Origin: an uncultured Candidatus Rokubacteria bacterium
GTDB taxonomy: Bacteria > Methylomirabilota > Methylomirabilia > Rokubacteriales > CSP1-6
Assembly (NCBI GenBank): GCA_963762145.1
Contig: CAVXJS010000021.1
Span: 768,001-832,000, forward strand
Reading direction: 5' to 3'
DNA: 64,000 nt
Below are positions 57,616 to 64,000 of this stretch, piece by piece. The translations under genes and the position numbers were made by a program. Positions within the stretch are counted from its first letter, which is position 1. Every line of letters begins with the position of its first letter. The notes under the pieces were generated by a model. It searched no databases. It was not told the origin of the DNA and was given only the letters and a program-made list of their open reading frames with translations.

Positions 57616-58432
57616 TGCGTCCTCCGTGTGGCGGCGCGGGAGCGCGGTCGGCGCCCCCTGCGTGCCGATCCATCCAGGACTCGAGGAGCTGCACCGTCTC
57701 GAAGCCGGGCAGACGCCGGATCGTCTCATCCACCTTGCGCGCCGCGGCCAGCCCCTCGGGCCCTCCGAAGAGATACGTGGCCAGGAAGCGCAGCTCGGCA
57801 TCGGGCTGGACTCCGCTGCCGACCGGGGCCCAGAACCGGTCAACCAGGAAGCGCGCGGTTCGCGCGACGCCGCGGCGCCCGAGGCGCAGCTCCGCCTGGC
57901 GGTAGTAGAAGAAGAAATGCCGCGATTCGTCGAGCGCGATGCGCTCGAGCAGATCCGTGAGCACCGGGTGATCGGTCAGGGCGGCCAGGCGCCGGTATCC
58001 GGTGAGCGTGGTCAGCTCGTTGATCGCGCCCCAGGTCATGTGGACCGCGCAGAAGCTGGGCCAGGCCTTCGACACCATCGCGGTCGCCGCCGCCTCCACC
58101 CGCTTCGCCCAGCTCTCCTGCCCGCGGGGCAGCGCACGCGCGCCCACCGGCGTGCCGGCAGCCTGCAGGAAGCGCTGGATGGCCAGGCCGTGGAAGGTCT
58201 CCTCGTAGACCCAGCAGGCGAGGAAGGTGGCGACGTCCGGATCGTCGACGGCGCGGGTGGCCAGCAGCGAGCGGAGGTAGATGATGGTGTGGCTCTCGAT
58301 GTCCTGCATGAAGCGCATGGTGCGCAGGGCCTCGGGAGGGACGGCATGCCGAGGGACCGCGGCCCAGTCGATGGCCGCTAGGTCCACCGCCCTCGAACGC
58401 CCGACATAGCTGTCGATGTCGAAAGCAGGCAT
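57596..58432 (-). CDS. Ferritin-like diiron-carboxylate protein (acyl-ACP desaturase-like)
   Basis: Ligand pattern E (DIES), W..EETFH, E (INE), DESRH; C-terminal FWAPVG; overlaps the downstream gene by 20 nt. Confidence 0.85.
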   Translation of the reverse strand: MPAFDIDSYVGRSRAVDLAAIDWAAVPRHAVPPEALRTMRFMQDIESHTIIYLRSLLATRAVDDPDVATFLACWVYEETFHGLAIQRFLQAAGTPVGARALPRGQESWAKRVEAAATAMVSKAWPSFCAVHMTWGAINELTTLTGYRRLAALTDHPVLTDLLERIALDESRHFFFYYRQAELRLGRRGVARTARFLVDRFWAPVGSGVQPDAELRFLATYLFGGPEGLAAARKVDETIRRLPGFETVQLLESWMDRHAGGADRAPAPPHGGRNGNGNH

Positions 58433-58444
58433 CGCTCGCCTCAA

Positions 58445-58473
58445 GTCATACGACACTGCCGGTGGTATTTCAA
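58445..58473 (-). promoter_or_regulatory. Candidate sigma70 promoter for the ferritin-like/PlsRA-like operon
   Basis: Minus strand TTGAAA-17 nt-TATGAC, 12 nt before the ATG at 58432. Confidence 0.4.
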
Positions 58474-58538
58474 TGCCCGAACCTCCCCGACCGCTGGGAC
58501 TCCCTGCCCTGAACTACGGGCCGAGAGGGGAACCGGAT

Positions 58539-59156
58539 CTACGAGGAGGGGCAGTGCGCCCGGACCAGGTCGGCGAGGTTACCGCCGCGGGGGACCGGGT
58601 CCAGCGGGCCGACCACCGCCCGGTGGCGGACGATGCCGTCGCGGTCCACCAGGAAAATGCCCTGCTCCATGGCGGTCATGGCGTGGTGGTGGAGCCGGCG
58701 GACGAAGTTCCGGTTCATGACGTCCAGCCAGGCGCCCCGGACCTGCGGACCCGTGTCGCCATGAGTGAACGCGTAGGAGAAGCTCACCACCGCCGAACGC
58801 GTCGCCTCGAGGGCGCCCCGGTCCCCGAGGCCGTAGACCGCGAAGAGGCGCTTGTCGGGATCGCAGACGAAGGGGTAGGGGGTGGGGCTATGGCCGAAGA
58901 AGATGCGGGCGGACTGGAGCAGGTTGGGACCGACCTGGATGATCTCGGCCTCCGCGGCCCGGAGCAGATCGTAACCCTCGCGCATGCCGTCCATGTAGAC
59001 CCGGCAGAACGGGCAGGTGAACCCGCGAGAGAACCAGACCACGACATTGCGGCGCCCGCGATACGCGGCGAGCTCCACCGGATCGCCCTGGACCGAGGTC
59101 AGGCTGAAGAGCGGCGCCGGCTGGCCGACGGCCGCAGGCTCGGGAACGGACGCCAC
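58539..59156 (-). CDS. Peroxiredoxin-like AhpC/TSA (FAM213-type) protein
   Basis: GQPAPLFSL, FSRGFTCPFCR (CxxC), CDPDKRLFAVYGL, helical insert, QGIFLVDRDG; GTG start follows TGC-TATCGT. Confidence 0.82.
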   Translation of the reverse strand: MASVPEPAAVGQPAPLFSLTSVQGDPVELAAYRGRRNVVVWFSRGFTCPFCRVYMDGMREGYDLLRAAEAEIIQVGPNLLQSARIFFGHSPTPYPFVCDPDKRLFAVYGLGDRGALEATRSAVVSFSYAFTHGDTGPQVRGAWLDVMNRNFVRRLHHHAMTAMEQGIFLVDRDGIVRHRAVVGPLDPVPRGGNLADLVRAHCPSS

Positions 59157-59247
59157 GGGCCCACGATAGCACGCGGCCCGCAAGGTCTCGCCCAGATTGA
59201 ATTTATTGACGTAGGCGGCCCGGGCTCGCTACCCTTCCGGGTAACCG

Positions 59248-59946
59248 GTGAACCCCATCAAAGTCGTGTACCACTTCGGGTTTCCAGACGGGGGCTCTAA
59301 GGCCTATACCGTCGAGCTGGACCGCGCCACCCTCTCTTATCTGCCCTCGGTAGCCGAGCAGCCGCCCGCGTGGGCGCGGCTCGAGAACCACCAATGCGGC
59401 CATTGCCCGCTAAAACCGGCCGAGCATCCCTACTGCCCGGTGGCCACCAATCTCTCCACCCTGGTGGAGTTCTTCAAGGACAAGGCCTCGGTAGCGGAGG
59501 CGACGGTCACGGTGACGACCGAGGAGCGGACCTACGTCAAGCAGCTCTCGCTCCAGCGGGGTATCTTCGGCATCTTCGGCCTCGTCATGGCCACCAGCTC
59601 CTGCCCGTACATGGACTTCCTCAAGCCGATGGCCCGCTTCCACCTGCCGTTCTCGACGGCGGAGGAAACCATCGTTCGCTCGGTCTCCATGTACCTCCTG
59701 CGCCAGTATTTCGTGGCCAAGCGGGGCGAGCAGCCCGATCTGGGTCTCGAGCACCTCGAGACGCACTACGGGAACATCCAGCAGGTGAACGACGGCATTC
59801 TGGAGCGCATCAAGGGTGTCGTGGAAAACGACGCCGACCTCAACGCCCTCATCATCCTCCAGGGCTTCGCCGACCTCCTGACCATGGCGATCTCGAAGGA
59901 TCTCTCCAAGATCGAGCCGCTCTTCTTTAGATCGGAGGGGGCCTAG
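59248..59946 (+). CDS. Conserved hypothetical protein (DUF6901-like)
   Basis: WARLENHQCGHCPL..CP, GLVMATSSCP, KPMARFHLPFST; upstream TTGACG-18-TACCCT; family name from recall. Confidence 0.75.
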   Translation: MNPIKVVYHFGFPDGGSKAYTVELDRATLSYLPSVAEQPPAWARLENHQCGHCPLKPAEHPYCPVATNLSTLVEFFKDKASVAEATVTVTTEERTYVKQLSLQRGIFGIFGLVMATSSCPYMDFLKPMARFHLPFSTAEETIVRSVSMYLLRQYFVAKRGEQPDLGLEHLETHYGNIQQVNDGILERIKGVVENDADLNALIILQGFADLLTMAISKDLSKIEPLFFRSEGA

Positions 59947-60003
59947 GCGACCCCCTCCGAACCTCCCCCACGACAGACTGCGCCGGCAAAGCCAGCGCTC
60001 GAA
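59932..60003 (+). repeat. REP-like double-hairpin element (most complete copy of the family)
   Basis: TCGGAGGGGG-9 nt-CCCCCTCCGA, ACCTCCCCC, then GCGCCGGC-AAA-GCCAGCGC. Confidence 0.78.
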
Positions 60004-60031
60004 CAGAACCAGCCGGCACCGGGACCGTGGG

Positions 60032-60188
60032 CTAGCGGCCGTCGTTCTCCCCTGGGCACAACCGTGATTCGGCCGCTCTAGCGGCCGTCGTTCTCCCCTG
60101 GGCACAACCGTGATTCGGCCGCTCTAGCGGCCGTCGTTCTCCCCTGGGCACAACCGTGATTCGGCCGCTCTAGCGGCCGTCGTTCTCC
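60032..60188. repeat. Perfect tandem repeat, 46 bp x 3.4
   Basis: Unit CTAGCGGCCGTCGTTCTCCCCTGGGCACAACCGTGATTCGGCCGCT at 60032, 60078 and 60124; 19-bp partial copy at 60170. Confidence 0.95.
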
Positions 60189-61102
60189 AGCACCTCCCGG
60201 ATCTGCTCGACGGGCACCGCGATCTTCACGCCCGCGCGCTCTTCCTGCAGCAGCATGGCCACGCGCGAGTCTCGCTCGCTCCAGCCGCGGTTGATCGCCT
60301 CGGTGAGCTCTTCCAGAGCCAGGTTGGCCATCCGCATCGGCACGCCCAGCTCCCGGCCCAGGCCGACGGCCAGCGAGACGTCCTTGTGGCTCAGCCGCAG
60401 GCTGAACGCGGGCGGATCGAACGTGCCGGGCAGGAACTGGTCGGCGAGCCCGTCGAAGGTGCGGCGCCGCCCGCCCGCCCCCTGCCGCACCGCCTTCCAG
60501 AGCGTGAGCGCGTCCACCCCGCCCTTGACGCCCATCGTGAACACCTCCGCGAGCGCGGTCTGCACCGCGTACCCCGCGCAGTTGTGCACGAGCTTGGCGA
60601 CCGAGCCGGCCCCGATCGGCCCCACGTAGTAGGGCTGATCCCCGATGGCGTCCAGCACCGGCTTGAAGCGGTCGTAGACCTCCCGGTCGCCGCCGATCCA
60701 CAGCGCGAGCTTCCGTGACTTGGCGCCCTTGGGCCCGCCGCTCACCGGCGCGTCGAGCACGTGGATGCCCTTCTCCTTGAACGCGGGGTAGAGCCGCCGC
60801 ATCAGGGCGGGCGAGTTCGTGCTCAGATCAAAATAGGCCGCGCCCTTCTTCATGCCGTGGATGAGGCCGTCCGGCCCGAGGGCGACCTGCTCCACTTCCT
60901 TCGGCCCGGGGAGCGACGTGAAGACGACCTCCACGCCCTCGGCCACCTGGCGCGGCGTGTCCTTCCAGGTCGCACCCGCCTTGAGATGCGGCGCCGCCGC
61001 TTCCTTGCGCACGTCGCTCACCTGCAGCTCGTGACCGCCCGCCTGAAGATTGGACGCCATGCTGGCGCCCATGGTTCCCAGCCCGATGAACCCGACCTTC
61101 AT
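60170..61102 (-). CDS. 3-hydroxyisobutyrate dehydrogenase family NAD(P)-dependent oxidoreductase
   Basis: KVGFIGLGTMG, TSLP, DLST, LDAPVSGG, GAGSVAKLVHN, KD. Confidence 0.93.
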   Translation of the reverse strand: MKVGFIGLGTMGASMASNLQAGGHELQVSDVRKEAAAPHLKAGATWKDTPRQVAEGVEVVFTSLPGPKEVEQVALGPDGLIHGMKKGAAYFDLSTNSPALMRRLYPAFKEKGIHVLDAPVSGGPKGAKSRKLALWIGGDREVYDRFKPVLDAIGDQPYYVGPIGAGSVAKLVHNCAGYAVQTALAEVFTMGVKGGVDALTLWKAVRQGAGGRRRTFDGLADQFLPGTFDPPAFSLRLSHKDVSLAVGLGRELGVPMRMANLALEELTEAINRGWSERDSRVAMLLQEERAGVKIAVPVEQIREVLENDGR

Positions 61103-61431
61103 GCCTTTTTCTCCTCGTAGACCTGCTTGACGACCTTCGCCGCGGACATCGCGCTGGGCCAGCCCGCGTAGAACGCCAGATGGGTGATGAGCTCGCCGAT
61201 CTCCTCCTTGGTGACGCCGTTGGCGAGCGCCCGCTCGGTGTGGCCCTTGAGCTGGTCGGGCCGATACATCGCCATCAGGGCCGCCACCGTGATGAGGCTC
61301 CGGTCGCGCTTGGAGAGGCCGGGGCGCTCCCAGATATCCGGATAGACCAGGGTCTCGGTCAGCTCGATGAGCCTGGGAGCGACCGTGCGGACCTCGTTGC
61401 GAGACGCCGATACCGCGGCTGGTAGGGTCAT
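61099..61431 (-). CDS. Carboxymuconolactone decarboxylase family protein
   Basis: DIWERPGLSKRDRSLITVAAL, ANGVTKEEI, HLAFYAGWP; SD AGGAGGAG. Confidence 0.9.
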   Translation of the reverse strand: MTLPAAVSASRNEVRTVAPRLIELTETLVYPDIWERPGLSKRDRSLITVAALMAMYRPDQLKGHTERALANGVTKEEIGELITHLAFYAGWPSAMSAAKVVKQVYEEKKA

Positions 61432-61530
61432 GCGGGCTCCTCCTCCTGAGAGCGGTCGTGCGCGTTCAAGTGGGCCTTCCGTGTCAACGGGAAACGCGTA
61501 GAATCCTGCCACGGGAAAGGAGACTTGACC

Positions 61531-62295
61531 ATGCCCAATGCGCCCTACCGCATCTACGCCGTGCGCTACGCCCATCGCAAGTGCACCACCTCGGAGGCGT
61601 TCTACGGCGACTACCACCAGGCGCCCATGACGATGGACTACTTCGTCTGGGCGCTCACCAACGGCACCGAGACGGTGGTGGTGGACCTCGGCTTCACGGA
61701 GGACGTCGGCACGCGGCGGGGCCGCCAGTTCCTGCGCTGTCCGGGCAACGGCCTGGCCGAGATCGGGGTGGAGGCGGACTCGGTGAAGCACGTGATCCTG
61801 AGCCACTTCCACTACGACCACGTGGGCAACTACGCGCTCTTCCCCAACGCCACCTTCTACGTGCAGGACTCGGAGATGGCGTTCTACACCGGCCGCAACG
61901 CGGCCCTGCCCGCCTTCCGCCATTCGGTGGAGGTGGACGACGTGTGCGCGCTCATCCGCCTCAACTACGACAAGCGCATGCAGTTCGTGGACGGCTCACG
62001 CGAGATCGTGCCCGGCATCGCGGTGCACCACGTGGGCGGCCACACCGCGGGGATGCAGATCGTCTCGGTGGCGCACGCGCGCGGCCAGGCGGTGGTCGCC
62101 TCCGACGCTTCGCACTACTACCGCAACTTCGAGGAGCGCATCCCCTTCAACACCCTTCACGATCTGCCGCGCATGTACTCTGCGTTCGACAAGATCCGCT
62201 CGCTCGCGTCGTCGGAGGACCTGGTGCTGCCCGGTCACGACCCGCTGGTGCTCGAACGGCTCAAGAAGGTAGGCGACGGGATCGTGGAGATGTAA
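61531..62295 (+). CDS. Metallo-beta-lactamase fold, N-acyl homoserine lactonase family
   Basis: VDLG, SHFHYDHVG (HxHxDH), GGHT, ASDA, PGHD; SD AAAGGAG. Confidence 0.9.
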   Translation: MPNAPYRIYAVRYAHRKCTTSEAFYGDYHQAPMTMDYFVWALTNGTETVVVDLGFTEDVGTRRGRQFLRCPGNGLAEIGVEADSVKHVILSHFHYDHVGNYALFPNATFYVQDSEMAFYTGRNAALPAFRHSVEVDDVCALIRLNYDKRMQFVDGSREIVPGIAVHHVGGHTAGMQIVSVAHARGQAVVASDASHYYRNFEERIPFNTLHDLPRMYSAFDKIRSLASSEDLVLPGHDPLVLERLKKVGDGIVEM

Positions 62296-63118
62296 ATCTG
62301 GTGGCGTAGGCGCGGGTGAACTCCGCGCCGAAGAGGACGATTTGCGCCGAGTAGTAGACCCAGGCGAGGATGAGGATGACCCAGCCCGCCGCGCCGTAGG
62401 CGGCCCCGACCTCGCTGGTACCGAGATAGGCGCCGATCGCCAGCTTGCCGACAAAGAAGAGCCCGGCGGTGACCCCGGCACCCAGCCACACTTCGCGCCA
62501 CCGGATCGACGCGTCCGGCAGCAGCTTGAAGATCATCGCGAAGAGCAGCGTGTGCATCAGCATCGAGCCGAGGAAGTCGGCCAGCTCGAGCATGGGGCGG
62601 ATCGCCGGCAGCCAGCCCCACCCGTAGCGGCCGAAGGCGGCGACCACGGCGCTCAGAACCAGCGAGACGCTCAGCAGGAAGCCGGTGCCCAGCACCGCCG
62701 TGAACGACAGGAAGCGCGCCCGGACCATGTCCCAGATACCGCTGTGGGTCTCGGGCTCCACATCCCAGACCTTGTTCAGCGCCGACTGAAGCTGGCTGAA
62801 CGCGCTGGTCGAGCCGAAGAGCAGCACCAGGAGCCCGAGGAGGGTGGCCCGCCCGCCGGCGTCTTGCCGCCCGGCGCTCTCGATCAGCGACTGGATCGCG
62901 CTGGCGCCTTCCTCGCCGACCAGCCCGCGGATCTGCGAGACGATCTCGCCCTGCGCCGCCTCTTGGCCAAACACCGAGCCGGCCACCGCGATCGCGATGA
63001 CCAGGACGGGAGCCAACGAGAAGACGGTGTAGTAGGCCAGCGCCGCCCCGAGCGTCAGGCAGTCGTCGGCATTCCACTTGATCGCCGCGCGCTTGATCAG
63101 CCCCCAGGCCACGATCAC
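62261..63118 (-). CDS. YihY/virulence factor BrkB family membrane protein
   Basis: GAALAYYTVFSLAP, LQSALNKVW, FKLLPD, AYGAAG..WVYYSAQIVLFGAE; start codon uncertain. Confidence 0.92.
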   Translation of the reverse strand: MIVAWGLIKRAAIKWNADDCLTLGAALAYYTVFSLAPVLVIAIAVAGSVFGQEAAQGEIVSQIRGLVGEEGASAIQSLIESAGRQDAGGRATLLGLLVLLFGSTSAFSQLQSALNKVWDVEPETHSGIWDMVRARFLSFTAVLGTGFLLSVSLVLSAVVAAFGRYGWGWLPAIRPMLELADFLGSMLMHTLLFAMIFKLLPDASIRWREVWLGAGVTAGLFFVGKLAIGAYLGTSEVGAAYGAAGWVILILAWVYYSAQIVLFGAEFTRAYATRFTSPRSRRLPS

Positions 63119-63130
63119 GGTCAAGAGCCT

Positions 63131-63146
63131 CGCAAGGCGCGTGCCG
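63131..63146 (-). promoter_or_regulatory. Candidate sigma54 promoter for the YihY gene
   Basis: Minus strand CGGCACGCGCCTTGCG (GGCACG-N4-TTGC) fills nearly all of the intergenic gap. Confidence 0.6.
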
Positions 63147-64000
63147 TCAGATCGGACAGACGAGGTGACCGAGGCGCTCGGTCAGCTTCGGGTTCTCCCG
63201 GTAGTCCACCGGCACGTCGACGATCGAGGGGCCGTCCCACGCGAGGGCCTCGGCGAGCATCGGGGCCAGGCTCCGCGCCGACTCCACGCGGAAGCCCTTG
63301 GCGCCGAAGGCCTGGGCGAGCGTGACAAAGTCCGGGTTAGTGAACTCCACGCCCGACTCGCGGCCCAGGCGCGTCTGCTGCTTCCACTGGATGAGGTTGT
63401 AGCCCCCGTCGCGAAAGATCACGTTGACGATGGCCAGGCCCAGCCGCTTGGCGGTCTCGAGCTCCTGGAGGTTCATGAGGAAGCCGCCGTCGCCGCTGAC
63501 CGCGACCACCTTGCGATCGGGGTGCACCAGCTTGGCCGCCACCGCGGCGGGCAGCGCGAACCCCATCGCGGCGAGACCGTTCGAGATCAGCACGCTGTTC
63601 GGCTCGTAGGCCGGGAAGGTGCGCGCGATCCAGAGCTTGTGGCTGCCCACGTCCGAGATCACGATGTCCTCGCGACCCATCGCGGCGCGCAGATCACGCA
63701 GGATGCGCTGCGGCTTGATCGGGAAGGTATCGTCGTCGGCGCCCTCCGCGAGCTGCTCCAGGATGTAGCCGCGCAGCGCGCGATAGGGCGCCGGATCCTT
63801 CTGGCCCTTCACCAGGTCGTTGAGCAGCTCGAGCGCCTCGCGCACGTCCGCGACCACCTCGACCGCCGGCTCGTAGTGCCCGTCCACCTCGGCGGGGGTG
63901 AAGTCGATGTGGATGATGTGCTTCTTGCGCTCCGGGTTCCAGAACTTGGGCGCGTACTCGACCAGGTCGTAGCCCACCGCGATGATCAGGTCCGCCTTCT
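63147..64000 (-). CDS. Acetolactate synthase large subunit family, C-terminal part (continues right of window)
   Basis: VGYDLVEY, SDVGSHKLW, SNGLAAMGFALP, GDGGFLMN..ELET. Confidence 0.9.
   Translation of the reverse strand, partial: KADLIIAVGYDLVEYAPKFWNPERKKHIIHIDFTPAEVDGHYEPAVEVVADVREALELLNDLVKGQKDPAPYRALRGYILEQLAEGADDDTFPIKPQRILRDLRAAMGREDIVISDVGSHKLWIARTFPAYEPNSVLISNGLAAMGFALPAAVAAKLVHPDRKVVAVSGDGGFLMNLQELETAKRLGLAIVNVIFRDGGYNLIQWKQQTRLGRESGVEFTNPDFVTLAQAFGAKGFRVESARSLAPMLAEALAWDGPSIVDVPVDYRENPKLTERLGHLVCPI

Noticed and set aside
59197-59211. FNR/CRP box upstream of the peroxiredoxin-like/lipid genes (TTGAATTTATTGAC)
   Set aside because: Poor second half-site; better explained as an AT-rich UP element plus the TTGACG -35 of the divergent gene.
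60032-60188. Possible mini-CRISPR (19-bp repeat x4 with 27-bp spacers)
   Set aside because: The spacers are identical, the last repeat is the 3' end of a CDS, and there are no cas genes or leader; it is a tandem repeat.
61531-62295. Quorum-quenching system
   Set aside because: Membership in the AHL-lactonase-like MBL family does not establish AHL activity, and no luxI/luxR genes are in the window.
62261-62295. 35-nt convergent overlap of the YihY and lactonase genes as antisense control
   Set aside because: Short tail-to-tail overlaps are common in compact high-GC genomes; there is no further evidence.

Overview
High-GC bacterial chromosome segment with about 60 genes. Gene content and repeat style suggest a soil diderm such as Ca. 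Rokubacteria/Methylomirabilota; this is inference only. Most genes are catabolic or redox enzymes: LLM monooxygenases, amidohydrolases, a TPP enzyme, a CoA-transferase, a LigAB-type dioxygenase, MmgE/PrpD and a FadB-like enzyme. There are also transporters, glgX, and a Cache-HAMP-3xGAF kinase / receiver / receiver-adenylate cyclase / orphan solute-binding-protein module. I see no rRNA, tRNA, CRISPR array, transposase or prophage. Blocks of dense single-base frameshifts (about 13.3-20.6 kb and 28.9-35.5 kb, plus 53.4, 53.9 and 57.1 kb) look like long-read consensus errors. The most interesting locus is 52.7-59.2 kb: an acyl-ACP-desaturase-like ferritin-fold diiron gene overlapping a PlsR-like and PlsA/Ger-like pair (anaerobic plasmalogen/ether-lipid reductase architecture), with a FAM213-type peroxiredoxin-like gene upstream. 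Other patterns: six sigma54 -24/-12 motifs that all precede cell-envelope genes, many genes with a -10 box 6-10 nt before the start codon and no SD (leaderless-type), a dispersed REP-like family, a 27-bp perfect inverted-repeat element, and a 46-bp tandem repeat that duplicates a gene's 3' end.
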